A stretch of 64,000 bases of DNA from Vampirovibrionaceae bacterium NZW_1234 (lineage in GTDB: Bacteria; Cyanobacteriota; Vampirovibrionia; Vampirovibrionales; JAGQHJ01): the NCBI GenBank assembly GCA_041697335.1, contig JBGUGD010000007.1, positions 96,001 to 160,000 on the forward strand, given 5' to 3'. The position numbers were made by a program, and so were the translations under genes. The notes under the pieces are model-generated. The model had not been told where the DNA came from and did not search any database. It saw only the letters and a program-made list of their open reading frames with translations. Shown one piece after another: positions 20,594-30,280 of this stretch (position 1 is its first letter; every line of letters begins with the position of its first letter).

Positions 20594-21604
20594 CTAGTGG
20601 CCGAAATAGTGATTAAACCCGTATAGTAATGAGAAGACGGTCACCGATCCTATCAGGCCAAGGGTGCTGAGCTTCATGCACAAGGCGGGCAGAACCGGAC
20701 GATAGTTGACATAGGGGACTTTTTCGAACTGCTCCTGGATGGGGATAATGTCGGGGGTGTCCATAAAATTCCAGTTCAGGGGAAAGGTAAATTCGCTTTT
20801 GAGGGCGCTGCCCAATGCCGCGATAATGGGTGGCTCATGATGGGACCCATAGAGCGGACTCAGTTTCATAGGGGATGCTGGGGCGCCCAGTGTTTGCGAT
20901 GTCAGAGCAATCAAGGGCTTTTCGGAGGCTTCTTGCCAGGTCAGCCAATGGGCAATGCCATAGCGTTTTGATTTTTCTTGAGCCAGGGTTGTGATCTGCT
21001 GTGGTGAAATTTCAGCGGGGAATTGCTGGAACTCAATCAATGTGTTGCCTTGCCAGATCATCCACCAGGCGTGTTCATCTGAACCATGAACACAGCCCCA
21101 ATAGGCTTGGGAGCCAATCGTCTGAATTAATTTGTCCAATACGCCTGAGGCGGCTAAAGCCCGCACGCCACACAGAGGGGTTAGCTCGATGGCAGAGAGC
21201 TTATAGCCCACTTCATAAAAGAGGGTCATCAGTTCCAGAATCAGAGATTGGGGTAGCTCGCTATAAATCTCCTGTTGGCGGTGAACCTCATGCGCACACA
21301 GTGTGCTTTGCTTCACCACGGTATTTTCGAATGCTGATGAACCGGGTCGTTCGTGACCCACGGCAAGTGGGGAGAGGTTGAGGTAAATGTTCTGATAGAA
21401 ATCCGGGTAACCCAGCGACAGCATCAAGGCTTCCAATTGATGCTTGAAATAGTCCGGTGCCGTTAAGCCGCTGAGGTCGTGTTTAAACAGGGGCTGTGTG
21501 AGTGAAATGCTGACCGTGTTCAGGATGGAAAAATTCTGCATCGAAACCACCACCGCTTCTAAGCGGCGTGGCAGTAAGGTAATGCCAATTGAAATCTTTT
21601 CCAT
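20594..21604 (-). CDS. Hypothetical protein, divergent PilM-like, with C-terminal TM
   Basis: SIGITL start and LSAIELTPLCGVRAL resemble PilM segments; weak. Confidence 0.5.
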   Translation of the reverse strand: MEKISIGITLLPRRLEAVVVSMQNFSILNTVSISLTQPLFKHDLSGLTAPDYFKHQLEALMLSLGYPDFYQNIYLNLSPLAVGHERPGSSAFENTVVKQSTLCAHEVHRQQEIYSELPQSLILELMTLFYEVGYKLSAIELTPLCGVRALAASGVLDKLIQTIGSQAYWGCVHGSDEHAWWMIWQGNTLIEFQQFPAEISPQQITTLAQEKSKRYGIAHWLTWQEASEKPLIALTSQTLGAPASPMKLSPLYGSHHEPPIIAALGSALKSEFTFPLNWNFMDTPDIIPIQEQFEKVPYVNYRPVLPALCMKLSTLGLIGSVTVFSLLYGFNHYFGH

Positions 21605-21787
21605 GGGCCTTGCGCCATTCCTCTTCTCTCACCAATGGAGCGGACCCCACGCGACCAGGGTACTCCACCAATACAATAGTCAATTTCTACCGAAGGGAGA
21701 TCAATTGTTAAGTGGACATCGGCGGTTTAACTCAAAATCTCCGGTGGATGGAGTAGCCTTTCCGGAGGAGTGTGGATGGTGTCGGGA

Positions 21788-22915
21788 TTAAAAGTCGCGA
21801 ATCAGATAATTGGCCAGGCTGCGTGGGGCTGCCAGAGACACACCGCAGAGTTTTTTACCTGTTTGAATCCGGGGAGAAGACAGTTCGGATGCCGTTGTGT
21901 CGGCCTGCCCGTCGCCAGTATAGTCGGCGCCGGTCAAGGTGTTGGTATCGGGATTCAACAGTGGTGTGACGACGAACTCGCCGCGTTCGCGTTCGGTGTC
22001 TAAGGATGAATTGCTGGCCCATCCCAAGGGCCGTCCGGCGGCATCAACTCCTCCAACCACGTGGATATGCGGTCCTTGGGCTAGACTCAGGAGATTGATA
22101 TGATCCCGGCTGTTACCGGCTCCGATAAAGATGGCTGTGGTGGGGCCAAACCCTTCCAGCTGCTCTACCAGCTTTTTCCCTGGGCCTCGCCACAAGTGGA
22201 CTATGCTTTGGGCCTCAGTACTTAGCCCCGAAAGGTCCTGCTGGGCCGACCAGCTATCCAGCTTTTGCCTTAAAGTGGCCTGGTGTTGTTTTAAGGTTGA
22301 GGCTGTCATGCTTGGAATGCCTGCAATTTCGGCCAGTGAATCTATTGGCAGATAAACGGCAAGCGAGAGGTTCACGGCTTTCCAGGGGCCGGATGTTTTT
22401 AACCTGGTCAAGGCCTGCTGTATTTCCCACACCGACTGTTGCGGGACATGAATTTCGGCAATGTCAACCCGGGGGACGTGGGGGCCAAGTTGGCTTTTCA
22501 GATGGTCGACCACCGTGCGTCCGTGGGTTAAATCGCCGTGCCCGTCGCCATCGATGTCCTCATCCCGATCCTCGAAATTATCCAGCACTGCCACGCGAAC
22601 CTTGAATGGCCCCTGGGGTGCAAGTTTGGATGGAGACACCTCTGCCGAATCTCTTGCAGCCGGTTTTGTCGGTGCAAGTGGAGTTGATTCATCCCCTCGC
22701 AAGGTTCCTAAGAGCAAGGCCACGGGGAGCAAAAGCCATCGAAATCGCTGGGGCGAGATGCGTGCTTCTGAGCGATTTGCATGGTCAAGACCCTGACCGA
22801 AACGAGTGAAGCCGGGCGCAAAACTCACCGTGTTTGCACCGCCTCTCAGTGGGAGGTGCCCCGCCATGGCGTTGCTCCTACCATAGTACCCGCCTTGTAC
22901 CGGCTGAATCGTCAT
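21788..22915 (-). CDS. S8/subtilase-like serine peptidase
   Basis: VAVLD (Asp), THG (His), VNLS, GAGN (oxyanion), GVSLAAP (Ser); DIDGDG and DYTGDG loops. Confidence 0.75.
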   Translation of the reverse strand: MTIQPVQGGYYGRSNAMAGHLPLRGGANTVSFAPGFTRFGQGLDHANRSEARISPQRFRWLLLPVALLLGTLRGDESTPLAPTKPAARDSAEVSPSKLAPQGPFKVRVAVLDNFEDRDEDIDGDGHGDLTHGRTVVDHLKSQLGPHVPRVDIAEIHVPQQSVWEIQQALTRLKTSGPWKAVNLSLAVYLPIDSLAEIAGIPSMTASTLKQHQATLRQKLDSWSAQQDLSGLSTEAQSIVHLWRGPGKKLVEQLEGFGPTTAIFIGAGNSRDHINLLSLAQGPHIHVVGGVDAAGRPLGWASNSSLDTERERGEFVVTPLLNPDTNTLTGADYTGDGQADTTASELSSPRIQTGKKLCGVSLAAPRSLANYLIRDF

Positions 22916-23032
22916 ACCAAACTCCCGAATAGGTATCAGAGGATCTGGCTTTAAACCTCTGTCTGCTTCCCTGAGGGTAGCTCAGCGGTACCGGTGTGTC
23001 AATGACACTTGTAGGAGTAAAAAGGCTGTGTT

Positions 23033-23812
23033 TTAGAAAAATTTGGCAAACTCAAACGTGAGACCTGGTTTTCCATACACCCGGCCGCTGTTGGGGATTT
23101 GGTAGCCCAGATACATCGTGGCTGAAATTTTGGGAAAGGCATAACTAAAGCCAGATGTTAACAAGCCCAGTCCATGAGAGCCGGAGTACCAGTCCGTGAT
23201 GAGGCTGAATCTTGACGTCAGGGGTTGCTCAATGCCTCCGATAAAATGGATCGTATCTCGCCCGAAGAGCTGGTTGGTCCCGGCGCTGATTCCTGCTGTC
23301 AGGCGGGTTTTCAATTTAGGTACACGGCCGCTCAGGTGTCCGTAGGACCAATTGCCCACACCTTGGCCGTCCAGAGACGTCAGTATCTGGCTACCCGTGG
23401 TCAATTTGAATTCGCGCTCAGGAAAGGTTTTTTGAAGCAGCGGCCATGCGGTTTTAAATCCCACCCCCACAGACACATTATCAGACGGGGGGGAGCTGAG
23501 GTTGTATTGCGAGATATTGAGATCCGTGTTGTGGCCCAGGCCATAGGCAAAATAGTGAGTGCCGTTCCAATAAGCTCCCGGGCCATAAGGCCGGGTCTGG
23601 GTTTCATGTTCCAGGTAAATGACCCCGCGCTCGGTTACATCGGCCGATGGGACATTAAAAATCGTCTGCTGGGCCAGCCCTGGCGTTCCGGTCGTCAGGG
23701 CGCTCATCAGAAATGTGCCCCCTAGAATTTTGGCGCAACAACGTTGGTGTCGGGACAAAGTACCTTTTGAGAGAAGCATCTTTTGTAAACAATCAGCTAT
23801 CAGTGACATCAA
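23033..23812 (-). CDS. Putative outer-membrane beta-barrel protein
   Basis: Alternating beta strands and C-terminal aromatic FEFAKFF; start uncertain. Confidence 0.6.
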   Translation of the reverse strand: MMSLIADCLQKMLLSKGTLSRHQRCCAKILGGTFLMSALTTGTPGLAQQTIFNVPSADVTERGVIYLEHETQTRPYGPGAYWNGTHYFAYGLGHNTDLNISQYNLSSPPSDNVSVGVGFKTAWPLLQKTFPEREFKLTTGSQILTSLDGQGVGNWSYGHLSGRVPKLKTRLTAGISAGTNQLFGRDTIHFIGGIEQPLTSRFSLITDWYSGSHGLGLLTSGFSYAFPKISATMYLGYQIPNSGRVYGKPGLTFEFAKFF

Positions 23813-24001
23813 CGCCCTTTAAAACGAACTCAACAGCGCTAAGCCCAGTGTAAGGCCCGGTATTTCATAGTCAGTGATTCAGAGAGTCATCCTACATATC
23901 ATCCCCGATTTTACACCAGTGGCCAATGACATTCTGGGTAATATCCATTAGTCTAGGGCAGTCCAGGGAATGGGGCTGAATCAACCTATCGGAGCAGCAA
24001 C

Positions 24002-24784
24002 ATGTGGAGCCGCAAGACACCTCTGTCGATTACCTCGTTTGATGCCAATCGAGTCTATATCGGGACATCCGGCTGCTCCTACGATGACTGGCATGGGCGG
24101 TTTTATCCGGAATCGATCCGTTCGGACCGCTATTTAGCCTATTATGCTCGTTATTTTCAGTCGGTGGAGGTGAACCGGACATTCTATCGCCTGCCTTCGG
24201 TAGAGCAGGTAGAAGACTGGGCTGCCAGTGTGCCTCGGGATTTTGTGTTTTCAATCAAGGCCAGTCGCTTTATTACCCACATGAAGAAGTTATCCGACCC
24301 CGAGGAACCCCTAGAACGGCTTTTTCATTGTCTTCAAGGCTTAGGCCCCTCTCAGGTGGGTCCCATATTGTTTCAGTTGCCTCCGCGCTGGCACATCAAT
24401 CCGGAGCGACTTGAGTCGTTTCTGACGTCTTTGCCCGATACCTATCGCTATGTGTTCGAGTTTCGGGACCCCAGTTGGGTGGTGCCAGAAATCGAAGCAC
24501 TTCTGGCGCAGTATCACTGTGCTTTTTGTTTGTATGATTTGGCTGAGGAGGCCACGCCATTTATTCGCACAACGGACTTTGTCTATTGGCGACTTCATGG
24601 GACGCAAAGCCTTGGCCATGGGGTCTATTCCAAGAGTCGGCTTCAGCAGGTAGCGCGCCAGATTCGGGCCTGGCAATCGGAGGGGATTGCCGTATTCTGC
24701 TACTTCAACAACGATGCCCATGGGGCAGCACTTGAAAATGCTCAAACGTTGCAAAATCTTTTGGAACAGGCGGTCCTGATATAG
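24002..24784 (+). CDS. DUF72 (YecE-like) protein
   Basis: IGTSG, VEVNRTFY, LFQLPP, EFR, RLHG, YFNND. Confidence 0.93.
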   Translation: MWSRKTPLSITSFDANRVYIGTSGCSYDDWHGRFYPESIRSDRYLAYYARYFQSVEVNRTFYRLPSVEQVEDWAASVPRDFVFSIKASRFITHMKKLSDPEEPLERLFHCLQGLGPSQVGPILFQLPPRWHINPERLESFLTSLPDTYRYVFEFRDPSWVVPEIEALLAQYHCAFCLYDLAEEATPFIRTTDFVYWRLHGTQSLGHGVYSKSRLQQVARQIRAWQSEGIAVFCYFNNDAHGAALENAQTLQNLLEQAVLI

Positions 24785-24881
24785 ACTGCTCCTTGCCTCC
24801 TTGGCGGTAAGTGCTGCAAATATTTGCAGCACTCCGGCTCAAGCGGCTGCTGTCTTTCTCGGGGGATTCAATAATACGGCA

Positions 24882-25091
24882 TTAGGCCAGTGGGCTTGAC
24901 CCCCATGGGTTAAGGGCGCTCATACAGAACGAGTCCACCTTCGGGGCTGACATACCTGAAAAAGACAACCCGCTATCACGGCCACTGAAAGGTATAGGCG
25001 CTTGTGGGTCCGACCAAGCGGCCGATGCGCTTTGTGACGCGCCGAACGCGCCGGAACTTAAAATTTGGCTTGCAAGTGATAAATTTGACAA
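24882..25091 (-). CDS. Small Ser-rich hypothetical protein
   Basis: RBS GAGGAG before the TTG start; contains PFSG/SFSG/VDSF segments. Confidence 0.55.
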   Translation of the reverse strand: MSNLSLASQILSSGAFGASQSASAAWSDPQAPIPFSGRDSGLSFSGMSAPKVDSFCMSALNPWGSSPLA

Positions 25092-25208
25092 TGCTGTTCT
25101 CTCCTCAATCCTCTTCCGCTGCTTTAATAAAAAATTTGAGATCGTAAAAATTGATTGTCTTTTTCGTAATTGTTACATTTTTTTATCGAGTCCGATTTAT
25201 TGCAGAGG

Positions 25209-25237
25209 AGAGGAACGGAAAACTTTTCCGTTCCTCT
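25209..25237. repeat. Perfect 14-bp inverted repeat (hairpin)
   Basis: AGAGGAACGGAAAA-c-TTTTCCGTTCCTCT; no U-tract after the stem on either strand. Confidence 0.8.
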
Positions 25238-25961
25238 TGCATCGCTTTAATGATGGAGGCCGGAAATCTTAAGGTTTTGTGAATTGCCGCTCGGAATAGC
25301 AATGGTGTCCAGGCCAACGTTTTTATTGAAGTAGTTCCAACCGATTCGGAACGTCATGAAGACAATAAAAAAGACAGAAAAGACACAGAGAAGAGAAGAC
25401 GCGAGAGAGGAACGAGATGGACCCAGGTTTAATGCAATCCATATCTTGGCATTCCGGTGTGACCAGTCGGGAGATGGTCTCGGTCATTCGCCAGGTGCAA
25501 GATAATGCGTTGTCTGCGTTTCATCGGCAGCAACAAGGCAACCCCCTGCATCAGGTGGATACCTTTCATCTGAGCTCGTTTCAAGATCTGCCTCAACCCA
25601 AGCCATCCCCATTTCGTTGATTCTCAAGGTTTTGCTAAATAAAGCACAATTCAGTTTTGTTTTTAATCCGGTTTCTCCGTACGCGCAATTTGCGCGTACG
25701 GAGAAACCCAACCAAAGGTTCACCCATGTGTCATTTGGTTAGAGCCCTATGTAGAGTTTGACTTTAAAATCCGCCACTTGGTCAGGCTTCTGATTTGGTG
25801 TAATTGAGTATTTTAAAGTAGATCAATTGATCCCTTGTCGCTCTCAGGTGTTGCGTAGTTACCAAGTTCACTCGCAAGGCTGTCGTAACGGCATCGATTG
25901 ATGACAATGGGGTTCAACGGAAATATATCCGAAAAAGCAGACACGATAGGAGGAGTGGGCA

Positions 25962-26180
25962 ATGTCCAAACGACGCCATTATCAGAATATGCCGGCGACG
26001 GATGCTCCCCAGCAAAAGCCCGGGACAGAACACCAGGCTCAAACCACACAAGAGCACATCGATGCTGCGCTTCATGCCGAACCCGGGCATCTGGTGTTTC
26101 GAAAGGCCAATCGGGCCGGACACCGGGGCCATGTGGGTGAAGAAGGGCCTGAATTTATCGATGACATTGAAATGCCTTAG
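25962..26180 (+). CDS. Small hypothetical protein
   Basis: RBS AGGAG, 72-aa hydrophilic ORF. Confidence 0.55.
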   Translation: MSKRRHYQNMPATDAPQQKPGTEHQAQTTQEHIDAALHAEPGHLVFRKANRAGHRGHVGEEGPEFIDDIEMP

Positions 26181-26530
26181 GAAACGTGCTCTTCGTTGGA
26201 TTTATCACACCACTTTTTAGCCACGTCGTACAATTGATCCAACGCCCCGACAATATCCTGGCCTTTTTCGGAGAGTCCGTATCCGACCTGTGGCGGGGTT
26301 GAAGGGATGACGTTACGGTAAATGATGCCGCTTTCTTCCAGCAGGCGAAGCCGTTCTGTCAGGACCTTGGCTGAAATACCATGGATGGCCCGCTTGAGTT
26401 CACCAAAACGGGTTTCGCCGTGACGGCTTAAGATCCAAAGTATATGGATGGTCCATTGTCCCATTAACAGGCGTAAAAGCGAATCCATGGGGCAACCAAT
26501 GGGACTATTGGGAAGCTGAAGCCGATTCAT
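26177..26530 (-). CDS. HxlR-family winged-helix regulator
   Basis: CP...L.L..GQW, RFGELKRAI.GISAKVLTERLR.LE..G, PPQV.YGLS. Confidence 0.93.
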   Translation of the reverse strand: MNRLQLPNSPIGCPMDSLLRLLMGQWTIHILWILSRHGETRFGELKRAIHGISAKVLTERLRLLEESGIIYRNVIPSTPPQVGYGLSEKGQDIVGALDQLYDVAKKWCDKSNEEHVS

Positions 26531-26592
26531 GGTGTGGTTACCTGAAAGTACCTACTTACAATTCGAAACCAGATTTAGTATGGTAATAACGA

Positions 26593-26611
26593 TAGTTACT
26601 TATAGTTACTA
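26593..26611. promoter_or_regulatory. Candidate HxlR operator
   Basis: TAGTTAC-ttata-GTTACTA imperfect palindrome in the divergent intergenic region; related GGTTAC/GTACC site near 26537. Confidence 0.45.
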
Positions 26612-26675
26612 ATGTACTTCAGACTGTCCAAAAAAGAAAGCGGCCTCAAAGGCTACAACAAAGGAGAACAGTGCA

Positions 26676-27140
26676 ATGGCAACACACACGGTATCCGACA
26701 CTTTAAAACATCTGGCCAAGGATTTGACCCGGGATTTTCCGCGCAGCCCTCGGGAAACCTTGGGTGGGTATGTCCTGGCGGCTCGCATGCTGGACAAGTG
26801 CCGAGCGGTCATCAATGAAACCAACGGTGAATATCACTTCAACTGCCCCTTGGATCGTATCATTTTGGATTTTACCGGCATTGATGCTGAAGAGTTGAGG
26901 GCCTATGTCGCAACCGGGGCGTCTGACCAAGAAGTGGGCGAATGGATCAAGACCCATTCTAAAGTGCAGGATCGCACCGAAATCGTCAAGTGGAACAACA
27001 AGTTGCGTGACACCCGCCTCAGCGATTTACCGGAGAACCTGCAGGTTTATATGGAAGACTACATCGACCAGTATGTTCCCAAGGGCAAGGTGGTGTATCA
27101 CTGGTTTGATGTGTATGACTACGAGGAGCAACGCCTTTAG
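26676..27140 (+). CDS. DUF5069-like protein
   Basis: PRSPRE.LGGY..AARMLDKCRA...GEYHFNCPLD. Confidence 0.85.
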   Translation: MATHTVSDTLKHLAKDLTRDFPRSPRETLGGYVLAARMLDKCRAVINETNGEYHFNCPLDRIILDFTGIDAEELRAYVATGASDQEVGEWIKTHSKVQDRTEIVKWNNKLRDTRLSDLPENLQVYMEDYIDQYVPKGKVVYHWFDVYDYEEQRL

Positions 27141-27190
27141 TTTCAGATACCCTGTTCTTGGTTGAATTGTCATTGTTGTTCGAAGGAGAC

Positions 27191-27664
27191 ATGGTAATGT
27201 CGCAATCGACCCCTGCTGTTACAAAAGCGCCCCATGCCAGCGTCATGCACACGGGTGCCATGGCCGACTGGGGCCAGTACAGCTTTAGTATCCCCAATAC
27301 CCCCATTACGGCCCCGGGGAAATTATTTTTAAAAGAAGCCCTGGGGCTAACCGGGTGTGAAATTTCCTTGAATCAACTGCCTCCTGGAGGGAAAGTCCCC
27401 TTCTGGCACCGGCATGAAGCCAGCGAAGAAGTCTACCTGTTTCTGGGTGGCGAAGGTGAGTTTTATGTCGATGACGATATGATTGCGGTGACGCAAGGCA
27501 CCGTCATTCGTGTGGCCCCTCAAGCCCGCCGAACCTGGCGCAACACGTCGGCCACTGAGCCCCTCTATTACATCGTGCTTCAGACGGTTGATGGTTCGTT
27601 TTCGCAAACCACCATCGGAGATGGCCAGATTGTTCAGCTTGCTTTGCCCTGGGATAACGAATAA
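27191..27664 (+). CDS. Cupin domain protein
   Basis: PFWHRH..SEEVY.FL.GEG, RVAP..RR; RBS AAGGAG. Confidence 0.88.
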   Translation: MVMSQSTPAVTKAPHASVMHTGAMADWGQYSFSIPNTPITAPGKLFLKEALGLTGCEISLNQLPPGGKVPFWHRHEASEEVYLFLGGEGEFYVDDDMIAVTQGTVIRVAPQARRTWRNTSATEPLYYIVLQTVDGSFSQTTIGDGQIVQLALPWDNE

Positions 27665-27670
27665 GGCCTG

Positions 27671-28594
27671 CTAGGCCCAATCCGAAGGATTTTGAGCGGA
27701 CCACACGTCGCATTCGCCTTCTTGGGTTTCACAAACCATGCCCTTGTGTCTGGGATCGAAGCCCATGGGAAACCGGGTATTCATATTGTATTTGGACCCG
27801 CTTAACCGGGCTCCGTTCAACAAGGCATCGGTGAGTAAGGCACCTTTAAGGATGGCTCCCTGCAAGTTTGAACCTTGTAAGTTGGCCCCTCGAAGATCGG
27901 CCCCGTAAAGATTAGCGCCCTGCAAGTTGGCTCCCTCAAAATTGATGCCTTGAAGTTGGGCAGCTTCCAGTTCGGCATGTGGCATTTCAGCTTGGCTGAA
28001 GTCGCTGTTGATTGTTTCTGTTGCGGTTTCGTAGGCCATCGTGGTCAGTTGAATCTGGGATAGATTGGTGCCCTTCAGGTTGGCGTCGGCAAACTTGGCA
28101 CCTTCCAAATCGGCGTTGGTCAAGTTTGCATTTTCCAGATCGGCGCCATCGAAGACAGCTTGAAACAGGTTCGTTCCCTGGAGGTTCGCCCCGCGCAGAT
28201 TGGCATTGGCAAAGCAGGTCCCGTTCAGTTGGGCTCCCTCTAATATGGCGCCCTCCAGATTCGCATGGCCGAAGTTGGCTGCCGGCATCTCCGCATGGGT
28301 TAGGTTTGCGCCTTGCAAAAACGCACCCTGAAAGTTAGTGGCCTGTCCGACGGCTGATTCCAGATTCGCACCTTCCAAATGAGCTTCCTGAAGTTGAGTC
28401 TCTCTCATTGAGGAGCCTTTCAGAACAGCTTGTCTCAGATCCGTGTAGCTTAGGTCGGCCTGGGTCAAGTCCTGAGATGCAAAACTTTGGCCTGGAAAAG
28501 ACCGATACCGATAAACTCCAGAGGCTTCAACTTCTCGCGGGGAAAACTCTTGAGAAGTATCAACGTAGTTATGTTCATTCTCGTGGTTGTGCAT
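27671..28594 (-). CDS. Pentapeptide repeat protein
   Basis: Long A(N/D)LxG pentapeptide arrays, C-terminal TRFPMGFDP. Confidence 0.93.
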   Translation of the reverse strand: MHNHENEHNYVDTSQEFSPREVEASGVYRYRSFPGQSFASQDLTQADLSYTDLRQAVLKGSSMRETQLQEAHLEGANLESAVGQATNFQGAFLQGANLTHAEMPAANFGHANLEGAILEGAQLNGTCFANANLRGANLQGTNLFQAVFDGADLENANLTNADLEGAKFADANLKGTNLSQIQLTTMAYETATETINSDFSQAEMPHAELEAAQLQGINFEGANLQGANLYGADLRGANLQGSNLQGAILKGALLTDALLNGARLSGSKYNMNTRFPMGFDPRHKGMVCETQEGECDVWSAQNPSDWA

Positions 28595-28808
28595 GACGCT
28601 GCTAATCTCCTCCCGATACTGGATTTTTCATAAAAATCAGAATGCCTGGTTTTGGTATTTTGACGGATGTCTTCGCCTTGTCCCACCCACCGGATGTCTA
28701 ATTCTCGTTCTGACTTTCCGAAGCAGGCTTATTGGTATAATGGCCTTATAGAAGGGTGTCTGGGCTTATGCCCTGACGTTTTGTTGAAATCAATAGGGAG
28801 ATTGCTGT

Positions 28809-29141
28809 ATGACTCATTTGACCGCTGTTCTCACATTAAGTGTTTACCTGACCTTGTGTCTTCAGGGTATTGCTTCGGCTGCTGGAGCACACCAGGACAA
28901 TATTCCGGCCCATCATCATGATGCCCAGGAGGCGCACCATCACGATGCCGATCCTGCTCATCATCATGATGCCAATCCGGATCACCATCATGATTGCAAC
29001 CCCAAGCATCATCATGATTCCGATCCGTCCCATCATCACGACTGTGACCCCTCACACCATCATGATGCCAAACCCGGCCATCATCACGATGCGGATGCCG
29101 GGCATCACCATGACCAGGTTCCTGAGCACAAGCATCAATAA
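28809..29141 (+). CDS. Secreted His-rich repeat protein (9 x HHHD octapeptide)
   Basis: Signal peptide ending IASA-AG, then nine 8-aa/24-nt repeats; RBS GGGAG. Confidence 0.8.
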   Translation: MTHLTAVLTLSVYLTLCLQGIASAAGAHQDNIPAHHHDAQEAHHHDADPAHHHDANPDHHHDCNPKHHHDSDPSHHHDCDPSHHHDAKPGHHHDADAGHHHDQVPEHKHQ

Positions 29142-29187
29142 GCTGTCGCTTATTCGGCCGTTGCCGAAAACTTCTTTTGGACGGGCC

Positions 29188-29595
29188 CTAGCTGTTTAGC
29201 GGGGCCCGTACTTTGGGTTCTAACAGTTCAATGGGGATGCCGTTAGGGTCTTCAATAAAAGCAATGGCCCGGCTCCCCCCGGGAGAGCGCTTGGGTTCCT
29301 TGATAATTCTGACCCCCTGTGACCGGAGCCGTTCGATAACCTCTACCAGGTTGGATTCATCCAATTCAATGGCAAGGTGTTCATAGCGATTACCCAATGC
29401 GTAGGGATCGTGTTCCTCCAGGTCGTAGACCAGTTCAATATAAGAATTCCAATCGGCCCCGACAAAAGCCATGTCGGCGTTGCCCGGATAATGGTTGGGG
29501 CCTTCCAGAAGCTTGAGTCCCAACTTTTGGGTGTAAAATTCAATGGACTCGGCCATATTGTTGACGAAAATCGAGGTGTGCAAATAGCGTGGCAT
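29188..29595 (-). CDS. VOC family protein, lactoylglutathione lyase-like
   Basis: YLHTSIFV, IELVY, YEHLAI, AFIEDPNGIPIELLE; start 29595 has a GGAG RBS. Confidence 0.88.
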   Translation of the reverse strand: MPRYLHTSIFVNNMAESIEFYTQKLGLKLLEGPNHYPGNADMAFVGADWNSYIELVYDLEEHDPYALGNRYEHLAIELDESNLVEVIERLRSQGVRIIKEPKRSPGGSRAIAFIEDPNGIPIELLEPKVRAPLNS

Positions 29596-29816
29596 GGGGC
29601 TTCTCTCCGCTGATCTGACCATGGTGTAATCCATGTTTTCGTATTCTATAGAAAAGGCATCCTCCACAAAAGAGCCGTGTGCCTGATCGCGCTTCAGGCG
29701 GCATAGGTTGCTTGTGATAGTCCGTTTGGATACTAGTAAAGCCGGTTTTGGTTCGACACAATTTTAGTTTAGAGTATCGACATACATAGAAGCCTTACTT
29801 ATAAGAGGAGAAAGAG

Positions 29817-29996
29817 ATGGTATCTCATACGGACCGAAGCAAAACCCGCTTGAAGCCCGGCGAGATTGTGACTGACTCGGGGATTTATGAAGATGTGCAG
29901 ACGGGGCAACGGGCCACACTAGTTAAAGGTGAACATGCCCCACCCACGCAGGAAGCTGAGAGCGCATGGCAGTTGATTCTGGCCACTCACACGTGA
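29817..29996 (+). CDS. YjzC-like small protein (59 aa)
   Basis: Below the ORF-track cutoff. RBS GAGGAG; LKPGEIVTDSGIYE...TLVKGEHAPPT...W pattern. Confidence 0.75.
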   Translation: MVSHTDRSKTRLKPGEIVTDSGIYEDVQTGQRATLVKGEHAPPTQEAESAWQLILATHT

Positions 29997-30280
29997 CTGA
30001 CCACCGACCCGTCTGAGGCGGATGATACTCTGAACATCGTTTTATACCCGACAGCGTTATTTTGGGTTTGGCAGGAACAGGTTGCCCGGTTTTGGGGACA
30101 GAGTTCACTGTTGTTTATGATGCCTTGGACCTGGTCCGGCCCAGCCGACGGATGATGCACAAAAATAGCATGGCTTCGGGGATACGGGTCTCACACGCTT
30201 GATATTGAAAGTACCTGGAAGATGTGTTTTCGGTTTTGGAAAGGATGGCCCATTCCGGACGCTTTGCTTACAATAGCACC

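Noticed and set aside
25417..25723. Short ORFs 25417..25620 (+) and 25484..25723 (-); possible tmRNA, RNase P RNA or riboswitch in this intergenic region
   Set aside because: No recognisable protein motif and no RNA-family signature I can identify; left uncalled
27671..29141. Pentapeptide and His-repeat DNA periodicity as a CRISPR array
   Set aside because: Repeats are in-frame coding repeats without spacers; no cas genes
28831..29199. Met-rich ORFs (MMMGRIGIMMM, IIMMP) around the His-repeat gene
   Set aside because: Shadow frames of CAT/CAC codons; no attenuator or met gene context, unlike 50651..50782
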